In this document: positions 39,494 to 49,700 of the stretch, piece after piece
Layout of the letters: each line of letters begins with the position of its first letter
Position numbering within the stretch: position 1 is the first letter of the stretch
From: Longimicrobiales bacterium
Lineage (GTDB): Bacteria > Gemmatimonadota > Gemmatimonadetes > Longimicrobiales > Gaopeijiaceae
Reading direction: 5' to 3'
Length of the DNA: 64,000 nt
Assembly (NCBI GenBank): GCA_965204735.1
Contig: OZ242008.1
Location: 2,144,001 to 2,208,000 of the forward strand
The notes under the pieces: model-generated
The model's database searches: none
What the model saw: the letters and a program-made list of their open reading frames with translations, nothing else
What the model was told of the DNA's origin: nothing
Translations under genes and position numbers: made by a program

Positions 39494-41772
39494 CGCGACG
39501 CCGTCCCGGTCGGTCCTGGCCTTGGCGGGGCGTCCGGGCGCTCGCCGTCCTTGTCCTCGCCGCCTGCGACACGCCCGAGTTCGTCAAGCCCGACCCGACG
39601 CCCGTTTCTCCCGATCCGCCCCTCGCCGGCTCGGTTTCGGGGTTCGTGCGAGTGGACGGTCGGGCTGCTCAGGGCGTTCGCGCCACGCTGGCGCCTGGAG
39701 ACCGGAGCGAATGGACCGACGCCGGCGGCCGGTTCGCCTTCACCGAACTTGACGCGGGCCAGTACACGGCCGCGATCGCGCCGCCCCCGCTGACCCGCTT
39801 CGACAGCGTTGCCAAGGCGGCGGTCGTGACCCGGGACGCGCCCCATGCGACGCTGACCTTTGCCGGCGCATGGCTGCCCACGGCTTCGATCCGGGGCGTG
39901 GTCGTCGTCGAAGGGGAACCGGCGAACCGCACGGCGGTCCTGTCCAGCGACGCCATCGAGGCCCGTCGCGAGTCGCCTGGTCCGGAGTTCGTCTTCGACA
40001 GCCTTCCGGCGGGAAGGTACTTCCTCACGGCACGGCCCCTGACCGACGAAGCCGACCTGCGCTTCGACACGCTGGAGCTCGTGCTGGAGCGCGGCGAAGC
40101 GGTGGTGGACACGTTGAACGGCGCATGGCTCCGCACAGCTGCCATTCGAGGCTCGGTCCTCATCGACGGATTGGAAGACCGAACGCCCGGCAGGCTGGTC
40201 GTGCTCTCTTCGCAGCTCCTGCCGGGCGGACGTGCCGCGTTCAGGTTGCCGGAGGGCGGCGCAGGCTTCGCATTCGACAGCTTGCGGGCCGGGTCGTACT
40301 TCCTCGGCGCCCGGGCCGAGCCAGACGAAGAAGTGGCGTTCGACCGGAGCCTGGTCAGGGTTGCTCCCGGCGACACCCTGCTGCACAACGCCGTCGGGGA
40401 GTGGATCAGGGAGTCGGCCGTCGCAGGCTTGGTCACGATCAACGGCGCGACCGTCGATCCCACCCCTTTTCGCCTGGTGCGGCTCACGGCGACGTTCCTG
40501 CCGGTTCCCATCGAGTTCCAGTCCACTTCCGATCCTGCCACCGGACGGGCGTGGTTCGCCCGAGAGAAGCTGCGCTCCGGACGCTACGGCGTCACCGTCG
40601 TTCCCTCCGTCGGCGAATCCGGGCTGGTGTTCGATCGGGTCGAGTTCCAGGCCGCTCGACACGCCGTGGCCCGCGTCGTCGTGAACGGTCAGTGGAAGGG
40701 CGGCCTTGCGCGGGTCAACACCACGGCCTACGTGGTGCAGTCCGTCCAGCGAAGGGACGGCACCGTCGACTTGGTGCTGGGCAAGCGTTCGATGCTTCGG
40801 GCCTTCGTGACGTCCACGCTGCCCCGCCCCTGGCCCGACTCCGTGACCGCAGACGTCGTAGCCGAGGCCCCCGGCGGCGCCGTCAGGAAGCACTTTCGCC
40901 TGGAGCGAGGCCGCCCGCGCAACGACACCGGGCTGCCCGAGACCGTCCAGGAGTGGGACCTGTCTTCGTCCTACAACGTCCTCTTCCCCGACGGAGTCGT
41001 CGTGCCCGGCAACGGGCTTCACATCACGACGCAGGCGCACTTCAGCCCCGCCGCCCGCCTTTCGCTGAGTCCGGAGAGCTCCTACACCCACTTTCAGCGC
41101 TTGGCGGTCCACCACCCGGCGAAGGAGTTTCGGCTGGTCGTGATCCCGTTCCACACCGGCGACGAGGCAGCCAACGCGCGACTGGACGCCCGGGTGGGCC
41201 AGCTCGACCGGGCCGACCCCTTCTTCACGCTCGCGCTGGAGTCCCTGCCCCTGGGCCACTTCACGCTCGAGGTGCGGGAGCCCATGCGGATCGACCCCGC
41301 CGCCCACGGCTCGATCTGCACGTGGCTGGACCTGCTGGACGCCCGACGCAGCGGCGACCAGAACAGCTTCTACTACGGCGTCTTCAACTACTGGGCGTCG
41401 GACACCGGCGGCCCCTACGCCGGGTGCGCCTACCTCTCGCATCCGACCGCGGTCGGGTTCATCGGCATCGACCGGCCCGGACGGGCTGCGGGAACGTTCG
41501 CCCACGAGATCGGCCACAACTTGTCGCTCATGCACGCGCCCTGCGGCGGCCCGGCCAACGTGGACCCGCGCTTCCCCTACTCGGGCGGCACCATAGGCGT
41601 GTGGGGCTACCGGCCGAGCACGGGCGAAGTGGTCGCCAACGAGGTTCCCGACCTGATGAGCTACTGCGGCACCGGCTCGGAATGGATCAGCGACTACCAC
41701 TTCGAGAAGGCGCTGGCGTTCGTGAACTCGGGGTGGTCGCTGCGCAGGGGGCCGAAGATCGCGATTCCGTAG
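39490..41772 (+). CDS. Lipoprotein with tandem beta-sandwich (carboxypeptidase-regulatory-like) domains and C-terminal zinc metallopeptidase (M66/metzincin-like)
   Basis: Lipobox VLAAC; four repeats with F(T/D)xLxAGxY-like motifs; FAHEIGHNLSLMHAPCGG, DPRFPY, IGVWGY, DLMSYC, WISDYHF. Confidence 0.85.
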   Translation: MTRRRPGRSWPWRGVRALAVLVLAACDTPEFVKPDPTPVSPDPPLAGSVSGFVRVDGRAAQGVRATLAPGDRSEWTDAGGRFAFTELDAGQYTAAIAPPPLTRFDSVAKAAVVTRDAPHATLTFAGAWLPTASIRGVVVVEGEPANRTAVLSSDAIEARRESPGPEFVFDSLPAGRYFLTARPLTDEADLRFDTLELVLERGEAVVDTLNGAWLRTAAIRGSVLIDGLEDRTPGRLVVLSSQLLPGGRAAFRLPEGGAGFAFDSLRAGSYFLGARAEPDEEVAFDRSLVRVAPGDTLLHNAVGEWIRESAVAGLVTINGATVDPTPFRLVRLTATFLPVPIEFQSTSDPATGRAWFAREKLRSGRYGVTVVPSVGESGLVFDRVEFQAARHAVARVVVNGQWKGGLARVNTTAYVVQSVQRRDGTVDLVLGKRSMLRAFVTSTLPRPWPDSVTADVVAEAPGGAVRKHFRLERGRPRNDTGLPETVQEWDLSSSYNVLFPDGVVVPGNGLHITTQAHFSPAARLSLSPESSYTHFQRLAVHHPAKEFRLVVIPFHTGDEAANARLDARVGQLDRADPFFTLALESLPLGHFTLEVREPMRIDPAAHGSICTWLDLLDARRSGDQNSFYYGVFNYWASDTGGPYAGCAYLSHPTAVGFIGIDRPGRAAGTFAHEIGHNLSLMHAPCGGPANVDPRFPYSGGTIGVWGYRPSTGEVVANEVPDLMSYCGTGSEWISDYHFEKALAFVNSGWSLRRGPKIAIP

Positions 41773-41792
41773 TAGGGCTTGCTCTCTTCGGC

Positions 41793-42605
41793 TCAGCCCA
41801 GTTTTGCCATGACGCGTTCAGCGTCGGCGGCGGTGGCCGTCTCAGTGAACACCTTGAGGAATCGACGCCAGTGCTTGGCGGGGATGCCGGACAATAGACG
41901 GCCCCCGGCGGCGGTCACGAACTCGTCCATGAGGCCGCAACGCGCTATTCTTCCGAAGTTTCGCCCCGAGTCGTCTTCGGCGCGATCGAGTATCTCGTCG
42001 CCCTTCGCCGGATACGGATCTGAGCGATCCGACACGACCACTGTCGCCGACTTGCGATGGGTCATCACGTGCTCCCAGTGGTAGTTGCGATACTCGGCCA
42101 CGTACCGTGCCATTTCCGTGTACGGTGCAGCCAGCCGAGGCACGCCGGAGACGACCTCGCTCAGGTGCCAGGGGTAGACGACAAACAAGTCGGCCTGGGC
42201 GCACGCCCCCGGCGTAGCCAAGAACCGGAAGCTGGGCGCTTCTTCCTTCGCCAACAGATACCACCCCTTCAACTCGATGCCGAGGATCACGTTGGACGGG
42301 TCGGCGGAGTGCTGAAGCCGGACGTCTGGAAACGTCTGTGGTTGCCGAACAAACGAGTACATGGCGTACTGCTCGTTTGCATCCCAAAGTGGGCGAAGCG
42401 CGTTGAGCGTCTCGACTACGCCTTCTTCAATCGCAGCTCCGAGCAGAGCGTTCAGGTTGAACAGATCGCCGGCCTGGACACCCCGGATCACGACGTCGGA
42501 TCGGAAGTTGCCGGGCACCGCGAACACAGCCTCTCGCACTCGCTCGAAAAGGTGATGGTGGTGCCAAGAGGGCCCTGGAAAATGCCGAACAGGAGGAGCG
42601 GACAC
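41793..42605 (-). CDS. Putative PD-(D/E)xK restriction endonuclease
   Basis: RQPQTFPDVRL...ILGIELKGWY motif; directly downstream of the MTase on the same strand; lower GC. Start approximate. Confidence 0.6.
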   Translation of the reverse strand: MSAPPVRHFPGPSWHHHHLFERVREAVFAVPGNFRSDVVIRGVQAGDLFNLNALLGAAIEEGVVETLNALRPLWDANEQYAMYSFVRQPQTFPDVRLQHSADPSNVILGIELKGWYLLAKEEAPSFRFLATPGACAQADLFVVYPWHLSEVVSGVPRLAAPYTEMARYVAEYRNYHWEHVMTHRKSATVVVSDRSDPYPAKGDEILDRAEDDSGRNFGRIARCGLMDEFVTAAGGRLLSGIPAKHWRRFLKVFTETATAADAERVMAKLG

Positions 42606-42619
42606 GAGGGAAGCCGTTT

Positions 42620-43738
42620 TCAGATCAGTCGGAGCTGAAAGCCGTCCTTCAGGCGCTGCACTGCAGCGGCATGGTATTCGGGGAGCAGCTCCGCCGAATA
42701 GCACTCGCGGTCAGTGTCGGCGCAGACCATGGCGGCGGTGCACAGGCCTCCGAAGGGTTCCCACACGACGTCTCCGGGATCGGAGGCCGCGTCGACGATT
42801 CGCCACATCAGTTCCTTCGGCTTCTGGTTTGCATGAACGAACTTGCCCGAGCCGTCCCGACGACGAACTCGCTCCTCGCCTCGAACCGCAGGCGACGACC
42901 AGACGTTGGTGACCCCAAGACGGAGATTGAACTTCGATCTCATCCGTGCCCAACGCGCGGCCGTCAACGGAACCTGTCCATCGACGGAGTAGTATGGGCG
43001 GCCGTGGGGATGGCCGTGAGCATTTGCATAGTCGGCCAAGCGCTGAAACGCTTCCGGGGGCGGGAAGTACCAGACGTGGTCCTTGGTCAGGTACTTGCGC
43101 GTCGCGGCGTTCTTGACGCCGCAGGCTTCGTTCGACCGGCTCAAGGGCAGGCCAGACCGCTCCCACTCCCACCGCAGCCACTCCTTGACGCCGAGGCTTC
43201 GACCGCTCACCACGAACCTGGGCGCCTTCACGTACTGGGCGCATACTTCGGTTACCACGGGAAACTTGCGCAGCGTCTTTGAGTTCGTGTTGCCGGAGAC
43301 ATGGGCGATCCCCTTGTCCCAGATGTTGCATCCCACGTACACCCATCCGAACTCGACCAACAGCGGATGAACCGTGGCCCACCCGACTTCGGTGTTCCAG
43401 AACCAGAGCGTCGTCTCGCCCGTCGCCGCCGTGGACCACTCCGCCACGTGGGGCCGATACCACTCCACCAGCCCCGCCGGCGTGGGGCTGTCTCCCGGAA
43501 ACCCGGACACCCCGTACGCTCCGTCGGAGACGATGACGACGGGGCTGGGCCACTGGGAATACAGCTGAAGCGCGTCGCCGAGGAAGAGCCTGGCGCCGGC
43601 GTGCCGCGCCGAGGGCGGTCGAGGCGGCGAAGAAGGCGGGTCGGGCCGGGCCGGCGGCGGGGAGCTGACCGAACGGACTGCCATGGGCGAAAGCTGAGCA
43701 GCGACGCGCGCCAAAGCAAGATCGGCGTCCGTTGCCAA
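42620..43738 (-). CDS. DNA amino-methyltransferase (N4C/N6A), beta class
   Basis: LFLGDAL, IVSDGAYG (motif IV variant), NIWDKG, HANQKPKELM, DVVWEPFGGLCT (motif I), YSAEL. Start is 43738 or 43684. Confidence 0.85.
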   Translation of the reverse strand: MATDADLALARVAAQLSPMAVRSVSSPPPARPDPPSSPPRPPSARHAGARLFLGDALQLYSQWPSPVVIVSDGAYGVSGFPGDSPTPAGLVEWYRPHVAEWSTAATGETTLWFWNTEVGWATVHPLLVEFGWVYVGCNIWDKGIAHVSGNTNSKTLRKFPVVTEVCAQYVKAPRFVVSGRSLGVKEWLRWEWERSGLPLSRSNEACGVKNAATRKYLTKDHVWYFPPPEAFQRLADYANAHGHPHGRPYYSVDGQVPLTAARWARMRSKFNLRLGVTNVWSSPAVRGEERVRRRDGSGKFVHANQKPKELMWRIVDAASDPGDVVWEPFGGLCTAAMVCADTDRECYSAELLPEYHAAAVQRLKDGFQLRLI

Positions 43739-43766
43739 ACCGCGGAGGGGCTGGACCTGCTGCGGC

Positions 43767-46700
43767 CTACTTGAAGGTGATCGTGCCGACGACTCCGACG
43801 CGGCGTTCCGGGAGCTGGACGCCGTTGGCGACCTGCTCGCCGAAGAAGTCCATCACCAGGCGGAGGCCGGGGGCCTGCTGCTCGGCGGTCTCGCCACCCA
43901 GCGTCGCCCACTGCGTCCCCACGTTCAGGCGGTAGCCCGCCGCGCCCTCGCGGCTCCAGCGACCGAACGGCTTGATCCGGCCGCCGCCGGGGAGCGCCAC
44001 GCCGTAGCCTACCTCCATCGCCAGGCGGTCGGGCGTCCAGCCTCGTGCGTCCTGGTGTGCTCCCAAGCCGTAGGCGGACGGGAAGCCGTGGGTCGGCCCG
44101 TCGCCGTTGCTCGTGGGACTGCCTGGCCCGGCGGGACCGCCGTGGCCGGTGGGGCCGCCTTGGTCGGTGGGGCTGCCGTGGCCGGCTTGGTCGCCGGCGG
44201 CGGGCACACCGTTGCGCTGCACCGCCGGACCCGGCCAGCCCAGGCCCGGCACGCCGCCGCTCCGCCACACGTCGGCACCGCCCTGCCACAGCGTCTGCGC
44301 GCCCCCCGAGGCATTGCCCCACGACGGCTCCAGCGAGAACGACAGGCCGCCGTCTTCGCGGCCGGGCTGGACCCGCAGCGCCACCGCCGCGCCCCACTCC
44401 TTGAAGTTCCGGTCCTGGTGGATCAGCAGCATCCGGCCCCGTGCATCCAGGCTCAAGCCGCTGCCCACGTGCACGAACCCAAGGTCGGCGCCCGCTTCGG
44501 CACCCATCCCCGTCTCCGCGTCGCCACCGTCGTAGCGACCGCCCACTTCGATCCGCGTCCGCATGGCGATGCTGCCGCTCGTCCACTGCCCGCCCAGCTC
44601 GGGCGCCAGCCGCACCCGCTGCGCGTCGGCCTTCACGGCAGCCACATGTCCGTTCGACGCGTCCGTCGTCATGCGCACCGCGAAGGCGTCGGCCTTCAGC
44701 GCCAAGCCGCCCACCAGCTGCTGACGCACGCCCAGCGCGCCCATCCGCATCCTCAGGTCGGCGTCGTAGGTCGGACCCGTCTCGCCCACGTTGGCGGCGC
44801 CCCGCCCCGCGCCGGCCAAGCCCCAGACGCCGAAGCCGCCCTGGGACGACCAGCTCGCGTAGGGGTAGAGGCTGGTCAGGTGGGCCTTCGTCTTGCCCAC
44901 GCCGTTGATCCCGCTCTCGTAGTTCGCCGCCATGTCGCTGCGCGAGCCGGCCAGGCCCATCAGGAAGCCCGAGCCGAAGCGGTAGTCCAGGCCCAGGTAC
45001 GCCGAGCGGGTGCGGCCGTCCATGGTGAAGTCGTCTTCGGGGCGGCCCTCGAACTCGCCCACGTTGGCCTGGCCCCACAGCGTCCAGCCCGTCTGGGAGG
45101 CCGTCTGCGCCGGGGACGCGCCGGGCGAGCGGCTGGCGGCGCCGGCGTGGGTGTCGGCGTTGTCCTGCTCGCCGCCCGAGCCGCCGAAGGAGAGCTGGAA
45201 CGAGCTCCGGGAGCGGAGGTCGCGGCCCGTCAGAGGGCTGAACGCGACGCCGCCGCGGGTGCGCTCGGCGGGCAGCGCGTCCTCTTCCCGCTGGCCCTGG
45301 TACGAGCCGCCCAGGCCGAGGGATCCGCCCCCAGCGCCCAAGCCCGCTCCGCCGTCGCCGAAGAGGATGGTGGCCAAGTCCAGCGTTCCGCCCGGGATGC
45401 CGCCAAGTCCCGAACCGGCGGCGCCCGGATGCGTGATCTGGAGCCCCAGCAGCCCCGTTGCGTTCCGCACGAGCGACTCGAGCCCGCAACGGCCGCCCAA
45501 AACGCCCCCGCCCAAGCCCGCGCCCCCTTCGTCCGGGCCAGCGTGGGCCGAGGCCGTGCCGCTGGACACGCCGCCCGAGCCACGGCCGCCGCCGAACGCG
45601 ACGCAGCTCAGCGAACGCCCGCCCAGCTGCACGTGCGAGCGGCCCAGCGAACCCGACGACTCCAGACCCAACCGACCGCCGATCGCGTCCACCGTCTCCG
45701 TGCCCAGCGACCGACCGAACGCCGCCAGCGTCAGCTTCAGCGCACGCGCCCGATCCGCACGCGACGCCGACACCGTCACGCTCGCCTGCTGCGTCGCCGT
45801 CAAGCCGCCCGCGTCCGTCGCCGTCACCGTCACCACCGCCGCGCCGATCTCCCGCGGCGCCACCGACAGCCGCCCCGCGCCCGACACCGACGCCGCCGCC
45901 ACGTCCGGCGACGACGACACCACCACGTAGCTCAGCGCGTCCCCGTCCGGGTCCCGGAAGTACTCGCCCAGACCCACCTCCCACGGCGCGCCGCCCACCT
46001 CCAGCACCGGCGGCGACAGCGAACCCACCGCCTCCGGCCCCTCGTTCACGTCCAGCAGCGTCACCACGACCGCCGCCTCGGCCGTCAGACCGCCCACGTC
46101 CGTCACGCGCACCGTCAGCGCGAACTCCGGTGGACCGTCCTCGTAGTCCTCGCCGCCGCCCACGTAGCGCACCTGCCCGCTGGCCCCGTCCACCTGGAAC
46201 CGACCCGCGTCGCCCTGCGCCAAGCTGTACGTCAGCGCGTCGCCTCGGTCCGGGTCCGTCGCCTCGACCCGTCCCAGCTCCCGAGGCCCGCGCACGTTCT
46301 CCGCCAGCTCGAAGGCGTACGCGGAGTCCACGAACGCCGGGGCCTCGTTCACGTCCAGCAGCACCACCCTCACCTTCGCCACCGCCGCCAACCCCGCCCG
46401 GTCCGTCGCCACCACCTCGAACTCCCAGCCATCAGGACCCGTCTCCGCGTCCTCGCCAGCGCCCACGTACCGCACCGCCCCGCTCGACTCGCCCACGTCG
46501 AACAGCGCCGCGCGCGTGCCGCTCAAGCTGTAGCGCAGCGTGTCGCCCGCGTCCACGTCCGTTGCCTCGACCGCACCCAGCTCCACCGGGCCCGCCACGT
46601 GCTCCGCCAACTCCCACTCCCAGATCGACTCGACGAACACCGGGCCCTCGTTCCGGTCCTCGAGCGTCACCACCACACGCGCCCGCGCTGCCAAGCCGCC

Positions 46701-49700
46701 TCGGTCTGTCGCCGTCATCTCCAGATCCCAGCTGCCTGGGCCTGTTTCCGCGTCCTCGCCCGCGCCCACGTACTGCACCGCACCGCTCGTCGCGTTCACC
46801 TTGAACCGCTCGGCGTCGCCCGCCGTCAGCGCGTACGACAGCCAGTCGCCGCCGTCCGGGTCCGTCGCCCGAACCGCGCCCAGCAGCAGCGGACCACGCT
46901 CGTTCTCCGCCAGATCGAAGGCGTACGCAGAGTCGGCGAACGCTGGACCCTCGTTCACGTTCGTCAGCGCCACCGCCACCAACGCCCGCGCGCTCGAACC
47001 CGCCAGGTCCGTCGCCGTCACTTCCAGCTCCCACGACTTCGGTCCCGCGCCCTCGTAGTCCTCCCCGCCGCCCACGTACCGCACCTCGCCTGTCGCGCCG
47101 TCCACCGCGAAGCGATCGGCGTCGCCCGCCGCCAGCCGGTACGTCAGCGTGTCCCCCTCGTCCAGGTCCACCGCCTCCACCGCGCCCAGCGCCAGCGGTC
47201 CGGCAACGTTCTCCGCCATGGCGAAGGCATAGCGCTCCGCCGTGAACACCGGCGCGTCGTTCACGTTCACCAGCCGCACCGTCACCGTCGCGTCGCCCGT
47301 CCGCTCCCCGTCGTCGGCCGTCGCGCGCACGATCATCACGAACTCCGAACGCGACTCCGCGTCCTCGCCCGTCCCCACGTACCGCACCTCGCCGGTGCGA
47401 GCGTCCACCTCGAAGAGACCTTCGTCGCCCGCCGCCAGCGAGTACGCCACCTCGCCGCCGAAGGGGTCCGTCGCACTCACCGTCCCCACCACCACCGGCC
47501 CCGACACGTCCTCCGTCAGCTCGAACTCGTACTCCGCGCGACCGAACACCGGGTCCGTGCCCCCCGCCCCGTTCACCTGGTGCTCCTCCAGGTTCTCCAT
47601 TTCGTGGCCGCTCAAGTCCAGCGCCGCCGCCGTCGTGCCGCCCGCGATCCGCAGCGCAGCGCCGCCCGTCGCAGTCAGCGCGTCGGCAGCGATGCTGATC
47701 CCGTCCTCGTCCCGGTCCGCAGGCTGCACCACGTACTCGAACACCACCGCCGGCGTGCCCGAACCCGACACGTAGCTCGCCTGGCGCACGGCCGTCCCGA
47801 TCTCGATCGACAGCTGCGGCGCGCCCACCACCTCCACTGGTCGGCTGAACGTCACCGTCACACGGATCACGCTCCGGGGACCGTACAGTCCGCTCGCGCC
47901 CGGCGTGCTCGTCACCGCCATCGCCATCACCGCAGGCACCGCCTCCACCGTGCCGTTCACCTTGTCGTTCGCCGCCGCCGCGATTGCGTGGCTGCCCAAC
48001 GCCAGAACCGCCGGACGAACCCCGTCCGCCGTGTTCACGATCGTCGCGCCGTTCAGCGTCAGCGCAGCAGCTGCCACGCCCACGCCGTCGGCGTCCGCGT
48101 CCACGCCGCCCGTCCCGCTCCCGCCACTGCCCGCGCCCTGCACGCGGTACGCGAACGACAGCGTCGCCGTGCCGCTGCCGCCGACGTAGCTCGCCTGCCG
48201 CGTCGTCGTGCCCACCGTCAGCGCCAGCTGCGGCGCGCCCGTCACCGTCACCGCACGGTCGAACGTCACCTGAACCTCGATCCGCTCGCCCAGGCCGTAC
48301 GTGTCGCCGCTCTCCGGCGTGCTCGACACTGCGACGCCCGTCACCGACGCGCCCGCCAGCGTACCGTCCACCTTGTGGCCCGCAGCAGCGCTCAACGCAT
48401 GGCTGCCCAGTCCCAACGCCGCCGCAGTCGTGCCGTCGCGGGCGTCGTTGAGCGTCCCGCTGTTCAGCGCCAAGGCACTCGCGCCCACCTCGATCCCGTC
48501 CGCGTCCGCGTCCGCAGCCACCACCGTGTAGCGGAACGTCAGCGTGTGCGTGCCCGTCCCGCTCGCGTAGTCCGCCTGCCGCGTCTGCGCGCCCACCGTC
48601 AGCGCCACCTGCGGCGTGCCCGTCACCGCCACGCGACGGTTGAACGTCACCTGAACCTCGATCTGCTCGCCCCGCGCGTACGTCGTCCCCACCGCAGGCG
48701 AACTCGTCAGCGACACGCCGCTCACTGACGCCGCCGTGAACGTTCCGCCCGCAACCTTGTGCCCCGCGCTGTTCGTCACCGCGTGGGCGCCCAGCCCCAG
48801 AACCGCGTCCACCGCCCCGCCCGCCACGTCGATCATTCCGCCGTTCAGCGCCAACGCGGTCGCGCCGATGCTCAACCCGTCCGCGTCCGCGTCCGCCTGC
48901 ACCACCACGTACCGGAACACCAACGACGCCGTGCCCGTCCCGCTCGCGTAGCTCGCCTGCTTCGTCGCAGCGCCGATCGTCAGCGCCAGCTGCGGCGTGC
49001 CCGTCACGTCCACCCCCTTGTTGAACGTCACCGTCGCCACCACGGTGTCGCCACGCTCGAACGTGTCGCCGATCGGCGGCGACGCGACCGACACCCCGCT
49101 CACCCCCGGCGGGCCCTGGGTGCCGTCCACACGGTGGCCCGTGCTGTTCGATATCGCGTGGCTGCCCAGCCCAAGGCTCGCAGCCGTCGAACCGTCGCGC
49201 GCATCCGAGATCGTCCCGCCGTTCAGCGCCAGCGCGCTCGCACCGATGCTGATCCCATCGGTGTCCGCGTCCGCAGCCGCCACCGTGTAGCGGAACGTCA
49301 GCACGCCGCCGCCCGCCGCCACGCTCGTCGCCGAATCGTACGCCGCCTGCCGCGTCTGGCTCCCGATCGTCAGCGCCAGCTGCGGCGCGCCCGTCACCGT
49401 CACGTTGCGGTCGAACGTCACCTCCACCTCGATCTCCTCGCTCAACCCGTACGTGCTCGCGCCCGCCGGGCTGCTCGTGATCGTCACGCCGCTCACCGAC
49501 GCCGCCGTGAACGTCCCGCCCGCAACTCGCAACGCGCCGTCGTTGCTGATCGCATGATGCGCCAGGCTCAGCAAGGCGTCCGTCGTACCGCCCGCCACGT
49601 CGATCGTACCCCCGTTCAGCGCCAGCGCGCTCGCGCCCACGCTCAAGCCGTCGGTGTCCGCGTCCGCCGTTACCACCACGTACCGGAACACCAGCGCCGC

